Virus record (IMG/VR): IMGVR_UViG_3300042377_001068
Span: 1 to 35,193 of that record
Origin: a virus
Taxonomy: Duplodnaviria > Caudoviricetes
Strand: one strand, 5' to 3'
Length of the DNA stretch: 35,193 nt
The position numbers were made by a program, and so were the translations under genes. The notes beneath the pieces were generated by a model. The model did not search any database and was not told the DNA's origin. It saw only the letters and a program-made list of their open reading frames with translations. Position 1 is the first letter of the stretch. Each line of letters begins with the position of its first letter. Positions 7,404-17,651 of this stretch are shown here, in pieces.

Positions 7404-9392
7404 TCACAGTTTGGGATTAGTCCATATATATTTCAAGTTCCCGCAATCCCAAATGCGATCAAATCCATTGTTTTTCATATTTTCCCATTCTGTGATAGAT
7501 GCGTCAAATATAGGCAGTTTCTTGTGCAATACGCCTTTTTGAAACCCAAATCTATGAACTAATTTATATGGATCGGACATGTTAAAATACCAATAATTTG
7601 GAGAAGTTATACCCACAAATGAAAATCCAATTTTTTCATAAAAAGCCCGCATTCCTGAGTATCTTATATCCGCGAACGTTGTTATTTTTTTTGGTTTATA
7701 GTTTTCTATAAAATAAGTTAGTAATTTTCCACCAATACCAATAACAGGTGTTTCACCTACCGCAAAACGATACATTTCATATTCATCTTGCTTTGAGTGT
7801 TTTGTACCTAATGCAACTCTACCTTTTCCAAAAGTCATAACTGCAACAAGTGTGTTTTCAAAAAAAGCACCCAATTTTACTGTTGAGCGATCTGTTCCTT
7901 GGATATGATATGTTTGTAAGAACTTCGAGCAAACATCAGATTCTATTTCTAAAATTTTACATTTTCTAGCAAAAATAGATTTATTGATTGTACTGTGTGA
8001 TTCGCTAATTATTTTATTAGATCCGATAAGATTAAGTATTTTACGTTTTACGATATTTTTTGATACTGCCCATTCATTTTCAAATATATGAATTAGTTTT
8101 ACACCTTTATCTGCGGCCATTTTTGTTTTGTGTATATGATACTTTTTTTCTTTTTCACCAAAAAATTCACTATGCCACACAATTCCGTCAAATTCAATAG
8201 CTACACTCTTGCTTGGAATATAAAAGTCTAATTCAAGCGGTGATATAAGCTGGCGGTCATTTTGTTTAATCTCACAGTCGATTGGAAGATGTTCTTTTAA
8301 AAATTCTAATATTTCCAACTCCGGACGAGATCTTACTGACGGATAGCATCGCTGGCATTTTGGAACTTTACCATCTTCAAGCACCGCATCAAAACAAACA
8401 TCACACGACGTGCATTTAAATTTATAAAATAACTGCTCATCATTTATTCCCCGTGTACCCTTATATTCTTCACGTGTAAATAATGGAACTGCTTGACCAT
8501 CCAATCTGCTACCAGATACAATTGAATAATAAAATTTGTCAATATTGGTGGATGAAATTTGAGCAGCAACATTTTTATTTTGAGACACATGTTCTACTCC
8601 ATACTTTTCGCGTATAGTTTGTTTTGCTGCCGCTGATTGATATCCCAATGTTCCATTTTGCAATCTTTCCATTATGCTTTTGATTGCAAAATCGCTTGTC
8701 ATCTGTTCACCAAAGTGAGCAAATTTAGTGTCATTTGATTTTTTAACAAACTCTTCTAGCTTTGAAATATTTTCCACTCCATATTTTTCTAACAATGTAG
8801 ATTTAAGTTTTTCTAGATTGTTATAATTTTTATTACCATACTTTTCTAGTTTTGTTTGAGAAGCTTTTTCTGGATTAACAAAATTTTCATCTCCATACTT
8901 TGCTTTTTTTGTTGCTTTTAATTTTAACGCAAAACCTGGAATTTGACTTGAATGAGATACGCCATATTTTTCTTTTATAGTTTTCTTTAAACTAGATTGT
9001 ACTTTAGATTTAAATTCTGGAAGGTTTGTATACTCATTCTGACATGCGGTCGAACATGTAACTCTGTTGTGTCGTTTATCCGTTTCAAACAACTCGCGAC
9101 AAATAGGACAAGATTTAATAATGGGCGCTATAATTTTTTTTGAGTTCAAACATTTATATGAACATGTTTTTCTGTATCCTTTATAATAACTATTAAATAT
9201 TGTTGGGCCGTTGCATACTTCACATATACCTGTACCCGTTCCATTTATGTGCTGATACATTTTTTCACCAAATGTGCTGCCTTGGTATATAGAATTTATT
9301 TCATTATATACATTTGGGTATAGTCGTTTTAATTGAACACCAAAATTCTCTCTGTTATTTTCTATAAAATGTAACAATTCTTCTTTATTCAT
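7404..9392 (-). CDS. Second Hef-like homing endonuclease
   Basis: Same architecture as 1862-3568: multiple CxxC/CS..C, KYG repeats, ELDFYIPSKSVAIEFDGIVWHS, YHIQG, RIWDCGNLKY. Start placed at ATG 9392 (MNKEELL), just downstream of an octamer variant; the ORF track extends to 9419. Confidence 0.8.
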   Translation of the reverse strand: MNKEELLHFIENNRENFGVQLKRLYPNVYNEINSIYQGSTFGEKMYQHINGTGTGICEVCNGPTIFNSYYKGYRKTCSYKCLNSKKIIAPIIKSCPICRELFETDKRHNRVTCSTACQNEYTNLPEFKSKVQSSLKKTIKEKYGVSHSSQIPGFALKLKATKKAKYGDENFVNPEKASQTKLEKYGNKNYNNLEKLKSTLLEKYGVENISKLEEFVKKSNDTKFAHFGEQMTSDFAIKSIMERLQNGTLGYQSAAAKQTIREKYGVEHVSQNKNVAAQISSTNIDKFYYSIVSGSRLDGQAVPLFTREEYKGTRGINDEQLFYKFKCTSCDVCFDAVLEDGKVPKCQRCYPSVRSRPELEILEFLKEHLPIDCEIKQNDRQLISPLELDFYIPSKSVAIEFDGIVWHSEFFGEKEKKYHIHKTKMAADKGVKLIHIFENEWAVSKNIVKRKILNLIGSNKIISESHSTINKSIFARKCKILEIESDVCSKFLQTYHIQGTDRSTVKLGAFFENTLVAVMTFGKGRVALGTKHSKQDEYEMYRFAVGETPVIGIGGKLLTYFIENYKPKKITTFADIRYSGMRAFYEKIGFSFVGITSPNYWYFNMSDPYKLVHRFGFQKGVLHKKLPIFDASITEWENMKNNGFDRIWDCGNLKYIWTNPKL

Positions 9393-9448
9393 ATGGATAA
9401 ATATAAGAGAACCCCACAAAAACGCAAGACGTTTTTTCTTATGGGTAC

Positions 9449-9482
9449 AAAAAAAGAACCCACCAATTTCTCGGTGGGTTCT
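9449..9482 (-). terminator. Intrinsic terminator after tail sheath gene
   Basis: agaacccacc (9455-9464) / ggtgggttct (9473-9482) 10-bp stem, followed on the minus strand by a U7 run, 20 nt after the sheath stop. Confidence 0.85.
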
Positions 9483-9502
9483 GTAGAGGAGGATTTTATC
9501 TA

Positions 9503-12481
9503 TTACGCGGTTGGGAACGAAGCACCCGTTGGCATGACGTTAAAATCGAGTACGATGAATTCCGCCGTGCGAGTTGGTTGAATATAGATTTGACCGTACA
9601 AGATGCCACGATCAACTAGATCCGGAGTATTGTTGGTTTCATCCATAACAACTTTGAACGAGTAGATACCGCTGCGTTGTTGTACGCTCTCCAAGTATGG
9701 ATTAACGATGTTCAAGAAACGTTGGCGAGTTGTTGACACATTCTGCTCAAACACTAGGAATCTTGAAGAAGAAGCAATGAACTTCTTTAGAGCAATCAGC
9801 AAGCGACGAACGTTAATACGATCCAATGCGGAAGGATTACGTTGTAGTGTCTTTTGACCCCATGCTACTACACCTTGACCTGGGAAAGCAGCGATTGGGT
9901 TGATATGGTTTTCATATAGACTATCACGTTCGGTGTGTGTTAAGCGGTCGGCGACTTGTACTGCGGTTGGAATGCCACCACGGTTTAGACCGGCTGGAGC
10001 AAACCATTCTGCGGATACTTTGTCGTTAGCAGCAAACACACTCATCATCACAACGGATGGTGGAACTGGCATAATCTTGTTGCTGTTTGTTTCTTGAATC
10101 TTGACCCATGGGTAATAGGTAGCAGCATAGTTTGTGTCAAACTGAGCAGCTAGATCAATTACGGTTTGGATACTTTCAGCACCAGCCATTTGGTTGTGAG
10201 CAATGTCCATAATATAGAAAGCATCGCCACGATTTTCACAAACTTCGATTACTAGCGATGCAACATATGGATGATCGTTGTAATTGATGCCAGGAACTGT
10301 GATTAGATTAAAGTCAAACTCATCAGCGTTACTTAAAGCAGCCAAGGATTGCTTGTATGCATAAGAACCATTTGATTTGTTTGTGGAGCAATCTAGACCT
10401 TGTTGATTGGTTGGCAAGATTTCATTGCCGATTAGGATTGGAAGAGACGGACTTTGACCATCAAATCCACCTTGGAAGCCAAGAACAAAGCGACGTTTCT
10501 TAACGTTGATGCTTTCATCATTTAGAACATAAGCTGCGGTGATTCCGCAATCTGTTTCTAGACTGAATGCTTTGTTTGATGCTGCACTTGAGCCAAGTGG
10601 GATTGGAGCAAAGTATTGCTTGTTGTCTAACTCTGGACCAACGGACGAACCATTTGGATATAGAGCGGCCAAATCAGCGTCGGCTTGTGACGGAGCTGGT
10701 TGGAATACAACACCAGAGCAGTAACGGCCTGGTTGCATCAAGTAAGCAGATGCACTTGTGTATTGCATTGCTGGTAGTTTAGCAAGACGAGCATAGTCGC
10801 CACCGATTGGTGAGGCATATGGTCCAAATCCGAATGGAATTGAATCTGCTGGCCATGGAGATGCTGCCATCTCAACACGAATGCGCTTGCTCTTGTTTAC
10901 GAAATCACCAAACTCAACGATCTTGCCGTTGAAGTCAATATAGTTATAAACATCGCCGATACGACGAGCAACATAGTTGCTGCTGTTTACATCTAGATTT
11001 ACGTTGTCGTAGCGTTCTAGAACTAGTGCTCTTGCGTCTGTGTCCGCGTAATCTCTTACGATTAGAGAGAACGAGCCGTAACTTGTACCAGGAATTGAAC
11101 CAGCGGATTTAACATTGCTGATTTCAATCTTGTACATCTTGTTGGCAGCTGTGCCGTCAGACAAGGTATGAACCTTGAACAAGTCATATGCAGAAGATGT
11201 TGCGGTGTTAAAACCAGCAACCAATTGCGATTGAATGAATGGTGTTTCAGCTTGGCGCAGGTCAAAAGTAGATGTACCAACATCTGGAGTAATGCCATCA
11301 GCAAATTCCATATTGTTACGATTACTGATTTGAATCTTCCAACTACCAGAAGCAACCAACTCATTAATAATTTCTTTTGTTCTGTTTTTGAAGTTTGCAT
11401 ATGTATAAGCAGCTTCAATCTTTTGGCCAGAGGCTACTGGATAATAACCAGCTTTTGGATCTGTTCCGAATACATTTGTCAAATATGCTGACGATTCTTC
11501 TGCTAGAGAGAATTGATATGTGCCATAAGAGCCACTTGCATATTGATTGGTGTCTGTGTCGAAGTATGTTTTGTTTAGTTCTAATACAAAGTCAGAACCA
11601 ACAACAGTTGCATCTTTTGGAGTTAATACAGAACCGCTGAAACCGTATAGGTTTTGTCCACGGTCATAAGCAGTGTTAGCCAAGATAGCTAATACAACTT
11701 CATCACGACCAGTAACCATCGAAGCAGTTCCGCAATCATCTTCACTAGATACTGTAACTGGTGTCCAATTATTTGGATTTAGAGCACCATAACTTCCACT
11801 CAATATACCAGTGATTTGTAGCTCATCGTTGCAATGATTGATTTCAGCGAGCGAGATAGACGAACTATACAAGAAAGCAGTACTTGGTAAGTTTGATGTA
11901 GCGAGTTGTTGCGATGATACATTTGTAGAAACGAATGTACTACCGGTTGAATTTGTACTACCGGCAGAGGTAGAGAAGGCAATATCACCAACAACAACGG
12001 TTGAACCGGCATAAATGCCAGAAGAGAATTCTAAGCTCAATGAGCCAGAAATAACGAATACGCCAGTTGTTCCTGTGTATGTATATGTTGCACCAAGAAT
12101 GACACCACTGAAAGAACCGGATTCTGTGAAACGGCCATATGCACCAGGTATTGCACTGATGATAAGAGCGTCATTTTGAACATAGCCACCAAGACCACCA
12201 ACGCGGCAAACGGTCACTTGACCTTGCTGACGTAGGTATTGTTGAGCGGTAATTGGACCGTATAGTGTTCCGTCTGGATCACCGAAGATGCTTGATAAGT
12301 CACCTTCACTGGTTATTACCGTAGGAGAAAAGCCCGGTCCCTTGTTGAAAGGGGCGACTACTACTCCGCCGATTGCTGCTACGCCCTGTGCTAGAAACGA
12401 CTGGTCGATTTCGCGGGTGAATACACCTGGTGAAACGATGCGCTCTGACGGGCTGTAATTTCCATTTTGTTCTATTGCCAT
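9503..12481 (-). CDS. Contractile tail sheath protein (T4 gp18-like)
   Basis: SPGVFTREIDQS N-terminus; YAATYYPWV, VPPS, WFAPAGLNRG, INPIAAFPGQGVVAWGQKTL, RINVRRL, FVFE-like, IYIQPTRTAEFIVLDF. Confidence 0.96.
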   Translation of the reverse strand: MAIEQNGNYSPSERIVSPGVFTREIDQSFLAQGVAAIGGVVVAPFNKGPGFSPTVITSEGDLSSIFGDPDGTLYGPITAQQYLRQQGQVTVCRVGGLGGYVQNDALIISAIPGAYGRFTESGSFSGVILGATYTYTGTTGVFVISGSLSLEFSSGIYAGSTVVVGDIAFSTSAGSTNSTGSTFVSTNVSSQQLATSNLPSTAFLYSSSISLAEINHCNDELQITGILSGSYGALNPNNWTPVTVSSEDDCGTASMVTGRDEVVLAILANTAYDRGQNLYGFSGSVLTPKDATVVGSDFVLELNKTYFDTDTNQYASGSYGTYQFSLAEESSAYLTNVFGTDPKAGYYPVASGQKIEAAYTYANFKNRTKEIINELVASGSWKIQISNRNNMEFADGITPDVGTSTFDLRQAETPFIQSQLVAGFNTATSSAYDLFKVHTLSDGTAANKMYKIEISNVKSAGSIPGTSYGSFSLIVRDYADTDARALVLERYDNVNLDVNSSNYVARRIGDVYNYIDFNGKIVEFGDFVNKSKRIRVEMAASPWPADSIPFGFGPYASPIGGDYARLAKLPAMQYTSASAYLMQPGRYCSGVVFQPAPSQADADLAALYPNGSSVGPELDNKQYFAPIPLGSSAASNKAFSLETDCGITAAYVLNDESINVKKRRFVLGFQGGFDGQSPSLPILIGNEILPTNQQGLDCSTNKSNGSYAYKQSLAALSNADEFDFNLITVPGINYNDHPYVASLVIEVCENRGDAFYIMDIAHNQMAGAESIQTVIDLAAQFDTNYAATYYPWVKIQETNSNKIMPVPPSVVMMSVFAANDKVSAEWFAPAGLNRGGIPTAVQVADRLTHTERDSLYENHINPIAAFPGQGVVAWGQKTLQRNPSALDRINVRRLLIALKKFIASSSRFLVFEQNVSTTRQRFLNIVNPYLESVQQRSGIYSFKVVMDETNNTPDLVDRGILYGQIYIQPTRTAEFIVLDFNVMPTGASFPTA

Positions 12482-12490
12482 ATGTTATTT

Positions 12491-12530
12491 TCTCCTGTTA
12501 AATTGTGGATAAAAGGTCTATATATAAATA
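12491..12530 (-). promoter_or_regulatory. Shine-Dalgarno AGGAGA (12491-12496) and upstream octamer (12523-12530) for sheath gene
   Basis: tctcct 9 nt before ATG; tataaata 41 nt before ATG. Confidence 0.6.
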
Positions 12531-12594
12531 TGTTGGAAAAACTCAAAACTATTAAAATATAAAGAGAAGTGAGTTTTTCTCCAACTATTTTGTA

Positions 12595-12885
12595 TTATAG
12601 TTTTTTTGGAGTAAATAAACCGGTGGATATGTCAAATGAACCTTCGCCATATTTTGCTACGATCTTATCAAGAAACAATTTTTCTTGAGCTTCAACCGCG
12701 ATCAATTTTTCTTCGATCTTGGTTTCGTTCTTTTTTACTTCGCGCTTTTGTAGTTCAAGCTGACCAAGTGCTAGTGTAGTTTGGTCGTATGCTTGACGAA
12801 TTTCAGTCAACTCAGCAATTTCAGCTTCGTTGAATTTGATTGGTTGATTAGCCAATGGTGATGTATTAGTATTATTTAGTTCCAT
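12595..12885 (-). CDS. Small coiled-coil phage protein
   Basis: 96 aa; LGQLELQK coiled coil and KYGEGSFDISTGLF end, a pattern I recall from large phages. Confidence 0.8.
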   Translation of the reverse strand: MELNNTNTSPLANQPIKFNEAEIAELTEIRQAYDQTTLALGQLELQKREVKKNETKIEEKLIAVEAQEKLFLDKIVAKYGEGSFDISTGLFTPKKL

Positions 12886-12965
12886 ATATAACTATTGTTA
12901 GGTTTTCGTTCTATATATATGAATATATAAAACCAAACGTATTATATAAAAACTATATACTATGT

Positions 12966-13475
12966 TTATGCAAATAATGAACCTAGACTGCTGTTTCCTG
13001 AACGAAATCCAGAATCATATCCATTGGCACCAGGTTGAAAATATTCTGAAACGTCTGTGCTACCTCTTATAAATCCAATGTCTGCTCTTTTACTAGTATC
13101 ACCGCGACGAGCGCCGTAAGAATTGCGAATGTCGGTGCTATTTCTATAAAATCCTGATGGATCTGGTACAATAACATTAACTGACAGATATACTGTTGGC
13201 GAGGTATGAACTTGCTGACTTCTAGGAGCATCTCCGGTATAACCATAACCGTAAATACCATAATAACCAACATTTGCTACAGTTAAAGCTCCATCAACCG
13301 AATAGCATTGTTGATAATAATAATTAACAAATGTTGACCAGACTATACCTAAATCGCCTGTTGCAAAAATCATGAACCATCCGTCACCATCATCAGCACA
13401 GCCATCAACATGCACCGTGATTGTATCACCGGCGCTGATGCTGTTTGAACTTATACTACAATTGACGTATGCCAT
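12966..13475 (-). CDS. Hypothetical beta-rich virion/tail-associated protein
   Basis: 169-aa ORF 2 nt downstream of preceding gene; Gly/Tyr/Ser-rich. Confidence 0.65.
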   Translation of the reverse strand: MAYVNCSISSNSISAGDTITVHVDGCADDGDGWFMIFATGDLGIVWSTFVNYYYQQCYSVDGALTVANVGYYGIYGYGYTGDAPRSQQVHTSPTVYLSVNVIVPDPSGFYRNSTDIRNSYGARRGDTSKRADIGFIRGSTDVSEYFQPGANGYDSGFRSGNSSLGSLFA

Positions 13476-13477
13476 TA

Positions 13478-13729
13478 TTATGAGACTTTAATAAGTCCGG
13501 TTTTTGAAAGTGTTAGTTCTGTAATATAATCGTCGTTGTTTGTCCAACCGTTATATTCTTCTTCGGTAATTACCATATTTACGCCTTTGATCATTTTCAT
13601 ATCTGCGTCAACTAATGTATATGCAATTATCTTTGGTCCTTTTAGACGCACCATTACTACAATGATATCTAAATATTTTACGGTTTTGCCGTCTACTTCT
13701 ATAGGTAATACTTCGATCATGCTATTCAT
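13478..13729 (-). CDS. Small hypothetical protein, possibly tail-fibre assembly associated
   Basis: 83 aa ending YNGWTNNDDYITELTLSKTGL; octamer at 13745-13752 upstream. Confidence 0.7.
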   Translation of the reverse strand: MNSMIEVLPIEVDGKTVKYLDIIVVMVRLKGPKIIAYTLVDADMKMIKGVNMVITEEEYNGWTNNDDYITELTLSKTGLIKVS

Positions 13730-13777
13730 AATTGCTTTAGTTTATATAAATATACTACTGGTGTTCTATTATATCAT

Positions 13778-13808
13778 AAAAAAAGAGTGACTTTTTTAAG
13801 ATCACTCT
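13778..13808 (-). terminator. Probable intrinsic terminator
   Basis: agagtga (13784-13790) / tcactct (13802-13808) stem with minus-strand U-run. Confidence 0.5.
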
Positions 13809-13839
13809 GTTGTGTAAGAATTATGAATTTATTTCTATC

Positions 13840-14256
13840 TTAATTTTCGCCGTCGATATAATCGGCTAGATCTGCTAGTAGACCAGGTTGAATTGGATTC
13901 TTGTCTAAGTTCAAACCAGACAATTTAATCTTTAGTACGCCGTTTACTTCTACTTTCTTTGATAGCAGAGTATTTAGTTCAGCTACAAACTTTTTGTATT
14001 TTTCAGGATCAGTTGTATATGTGTTATCGTCAACACCCATACTAGCTACAAGTAGCTTTTGAGCATCTTCATAGTCAGCTGTAACTTTGCGTAGTACATT
14101 AATGTTTTTAGCAATGTTCCAACAGGTAGAAGAGTTGAATTGAAACGGAATAAAAATGGTTTTTGATGCACCGTCAATTTCTACGACTTTATCATATCCA
14201 TTTAGTAATTTGAAGCGATTGAACGCTGTAACAGCGGCATTAATTGATATTTCCAT
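13840..14256 (-). CDS. Hypothetical helical protein (possible fibre-associated chaperone)
   Basis: 138-aa ORF downstream of fibre gene; own octamer at 14300-14307. Confidence 0.75.
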   Translation of the reverse strand: MEISINAAVTAFNRFKLLNGYDKVVEIDGASKTIFIPFQFNSSTCWNIAKNINVLRKVTADYEDAQKLLVASMGVDDNTYTTDPEKYKKFVAELNTLLSKKVEVNGVLKIKLSGLNLDKNPIQPGLLADLADYIDGEN

Positions 14257-14359
14257 ATAGTTTATAACAGTTGAGAGTTTTACTTGTATATATATGGATT
14301 ATAAATAAAAAACGATTAAAAATTTATTTTATTTTATTTTTTATATATATTTGCCGAGA

Positions 14360-17300
14360 TTATTTGGCTTCTAGTGCGGCGAGGCGGGTGCGGAGGGACT
14401 TGAGTTCAGCGATAGCCAGCGGCATGAACTTGGAGGCGTCCATTGCCCACTGTTGCGTGACTGTCTCCGGGTCGTCGTCGCCCTTGGTCACGGCCTGCGG
14501 GAAGATGGAATAGACCTCTTGAGCGATGAAGCCGTAGGTGTCTTTGACGCCGGATTTCCAGTCGTGGAGGACGGGCCGCAGGGAGTCGATGATGCTACCG
14601 GAATTGGTCAGCGGGCGGATGTTGGTTTTTAGCCGCGCATCCGATGACGTGTTGTATGCCGTCGCGGTGGTGGTGACGGAAATGGTTCCCACTTGGGTTG
14701 TGTCGCGCCGGAAAACAACTACCGCGCCATCGTCGGTGCGGCGGCGAATGTTGACCGAGGCATTGCTTGCGCGTGACACGTTTAACTCCGCGCCGTTGCT
14801 CATCGTCACGCCGTCCGTGGTGCCCGATGAGGTGTCGCTCACGTTGTTGCCCGACCAAACAGACCCCGTCGCCCCCAACGCCCCAGTCACGGCGACAGTA
14901 CCAGAACCTGTGATACGCAGGCGTTCAGTGGAAGAAGCGCCTGTTAGGAAAACAATATGGGCGTTGTCAAACCCCTCTTGCCGCCCTTGAAAAATTAGGT
15001 CGCCGTAATTAAAGCCACTTAGCGATTGTGCCGCATAGATTACGGGTAGCTGAGAATTCGTAGGTTTGGAATTAGCAAACTGGCCAAATGCAAGAGCGCC
15101 GTTCACTTCAAGTTTATATCCCGGCGTCGTCGTCCCAATGCCGACGTTACCGCTGCTGTCGATACGCATACGCTCGGTAGAAACCGTAGCAAATTTCATG
15201 TTGCTAGATGTGTCTACAGTAAACCAACCTTTTTCAACGGTGTTTGCATTATTGACCCACTGAATAAATGAACCTTCCGCATCCGCTGCGGCTTGACGAA
15301 GAATAATTGCTCCTGTTGTCGCGGCGGCGTTTTGGATAAAACGCCCGTTTCCGTTTACGTCCAATTTTGTACTGGGACTTGTCGTTCCAATTCCGACGTT
15401 GCCGGTCGTAGAAGCAATCGTCATCCGCTCGTCTGTTCCCGTTCGGAACCGCAAATCTAAACCACCGGTTTCGGCGTTATTCGTGCTTGAGATAAAAGAA
15501 TACTGTCCGACGCCGCCCTCAAAATATGAGCCGAGAACAAGCCGCTGATCTGCGTTATCGACAACAACTTTTGCGATAGTCCCAGAAGTTCCACTGAAGA
15601 ATCCGTTACCGGCTACATGAAGCTTGAAGCCGGATTCTATCGAGGTCGTCCCAATACCGACGTTACCGCTGCTGTCGATACGCATCCGCTCCGTGCCAAA
15701 AGCAACATTGGCCGTACCTAATGATTGGCCTGTGGCTCCAGTAAAAAATGCCAACCCTGTAGAAGCTGCGCTGGTAGAAGTCCAATTTGCTTCTGCAATT
15801 GCACTGATACTGGCTGGGTAAGTGAATGTGGGTGTGGTGTTGTAATTTCCACCAAAATAAATTGTTCCAAGTGCGTTGCCACTAACAATACCGGTTGAGC
15901 CGTTAGACATGTAACGTTCTAAGACAAGACCACCACTAAAACCTTGAGAAGAATTAGTATCAACGCGATTTCCTTGAACTCTAATGACGGGCGAAGCATT
16001 GGCAGCATCCGTATCTTGAACAAAGATACCACCAGTTACATTGTTAGCAGAAATTGAAAGTTTATAAGAAGGACTCGTCGTGCCGATGCCGACGTTGCCG
16101 CCTTTGGCTAATACCAGTCCAGAACCCCACGAGTCTCCAAATATATTTAATGCCATATAACTATTGGAATAACTTGCAGCAGATGTTCCTTTGTAAAAAC
16201 CAATTAATGCTTCTTTTCCTGAAACCGCCGACTGTCCAATCGAAATACTCATCAATTGAGAATCGGGTTGGGATGGTTGAAAAAAGTTGGCGACGTTTTG
16301 ATAGTTTGTAGTTCCGGATGTGTTTACATCTAAAGTTGCCAAAGGACTCGATGTGCCAATACCGACGTTGCCGTTAGAAATTATACGAACAGCTTCATTA
16401 GTTGTACTTAATGCCAAATAATTTGTTGAATTGTTAGTAATGCCACTAGCAACAATAGAATTTTTATATGCACCTTGCTGTAATACCTGTAGTTGATAAC
16501 CACCACCTTCAGCGGCGGCAACATTGAATTCAACATTAGCAAACATTTTAACATAATCTGCTTTTGTAGATGTTGAATTTAATCCACTGAATATAAGTCC
16601 AGATAATGCTCCAGCAGAGGCGGTGCTACCTATATCAAGTTTAGCACTTGGACTGCTCGTGCCAATACCAACACTACCATTATCAAAAATACTGCTACTA
16701 CCAATTGTATTAGCACCTGTAAATTTAGTTACATAGTTTGTTGTGCCATTTGATACACCAGCAAAATAACTCGCAGTTGATGCTAAACTAGATGTTCCTG
16801 TGATCGGACCATTTACACTTAAACTACCACTTATACTTACACTACCTGTAAATTCTTGTTTATCATTACTAGCATCGCCAAACTTGTTGCTGCCTGTAAT
16901 GACCATAACACTACTTGTAACATACTCTACAGTTAAGTTTGTAATTTTAGCAAAACTTGCTGTAACTTGATTAACTGTAATATTACTATTAGTATCAAAT
17001 GCAACGCCGCCGCCGTTACTTAATTGAGCAGAAGATGAAACAACATTATTTGGAAGAACATAAATGTTTGGAGCATATGATGCACTAAGTGCTGCTAGTG
17101 CATATGAAGCTGTAGATATATAACTTGCAGTTTGAGCTAATAAGACATACGATGCTGTTTGTGCTGTTGTTACAAAACTTGCTGTTTGTGATTGTATTGA
17201 AAAGCTTGATGTTAATGAATATGAAGCACTGACTGCATTTAATACATAACTAGCACTAAGAGCATACGAAGCACTAAATGCCTGTTCTGAAAAACTTGCT

Positions 17301-17542
17301 GTACCAAAAATACTGCCAGTAATTTTAGCAAAACTTGCTGTAACTTGACCAAAGGTTACATTACTAGTAGTATCAAAAGCAGCACTATTGCCGTTTGTAA
17401 ATTGAGCACTACCACTAACTAGATTGCTTGTTACTAAAATACTTGTGCCGTTGTTCCAACTTTTTCCATTCCAGATCCATGAAAGAGAGCCAGTAGAAAA
17501 AATTTGATTTAGCGTTGGGTTTGATGGAAATATTAGTGCCAT
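14360..17542 (-). CDS. Tail fibre with C-terminal intramolecular chaperone (peptidase S74) domain
   Basis: N-terminal FPSNPT...WIWNGKSW; TASY repeats; six (N/S)VGIGT repeats; YNTSSDARLKTNI...GFIAQEV...terminal coiled coil. Confidence 0.9.
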   Translation of the reverse strand: MALIFPSNPTLNQIFSTGSLSWIWNGKSWNNGTSILVTSNLVSGSAQFTNGNSAAFDTTSNVTFGQVTASFAKITGSIFGTASFSEQAFSASYALSASYVLNAVSASYSLTSSFSIQSQTASFVTTAQTASYVLLAQTASYISTASYALAALSASYAPNIYVLPNNVVSSSAQLSNGGGVAFDTNSNITVNQVTASFAKITNLTVEYVTSSVMVITGSNKFGDASNDKQEFTGSVSISGSLSVNGPITGTSSLASTASYFAGVSNGTTNYVTKFTGANTIGSSSIFDNGSVGIGTSSPSAKLDIGSTASAGALSGLIFSGLNSTSTKADYVKMFANVEFNVAAAEGGGYQLQVLQQGAYKNSIVASGITNNSTNYLALSTTNEAVRIISNGNVGIGTSSPLATLDVNTSGTTNYQNVANFFQPSQPDSQLMSISIGQSAVSGKEALIGFYKGTSAASYSNSYMALNIFGDSWGSGLVLAKGGNVGIGTTSPSYKLSISANNVTGGIFVQDTDAANASPVIRVQGNRVDTNSSQGFSGGLVLERYMSNGSTGIVSGNALGTIYFGGNYNTTPTFTYPASISAIAEANWTSTSAASTGLAFFTGATGQSLGTANVAFGTERMRIDSSGNVGIGTTSIESGFKLHVAGNGFFSGTSGTIAKVVVDNADQRLVLGSYFEGGVGQYSFISSTNNAETGGLDLRFRTGTDERMTIASTTGNVGIGTTSPSTKLDVNGNGRFIQNAAATTGAIILRQAAADAEGSFIQWVNNANTVEKGWFTVDTSSNMKFATVSTERMRIDSSGNVGIGTTTPGYKLEVNGALAFGQFANSKPTNSQLPVIYAAQSLSGFNYGDLIFQGRQEGFDNAHIVFLTGASSTERLRITGSGTVAVTGALGATGSVWSGNNVSDTSSGTTDGVTMSNGAELNVSRASNASVNIRRRTDDGAVVVFRRDTTQVGTISVTTTATAYNTSSDARLKTNIRPLTNSGSIIDSLRPVLHDWKSGVKDTYGFIAQEVYSIFPQAVTKGDDDPETVTQQWAMDASKFMPLAIAELKSLRTRLAALEAK
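15129..15691. repeat. 47-nt direct repeat (15129-15175 and 15645-15691) encoding ERMRIDSSGNVGIGTT
   Basis: Hand alignment 45/47 identical. Confidence 0.85.
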
Positions 17543-17651
17543 AAGAAAATTAGTTTAGATTGTATATATTTTTGCCGCGAATGTTTTTTAAGATAGTGAA
17601 TAACCAGCGGCTGTGTATAGATTCTGGAGTGCTACTTGGTCGGTGGACATG

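Noticed and set aside
1862-9419. Endonucleases as intron- or intein-encoded
   Set aside because: Flanking sheath and tube genes are complete with their own stops and terminators, so the endonucleases are free-standing.
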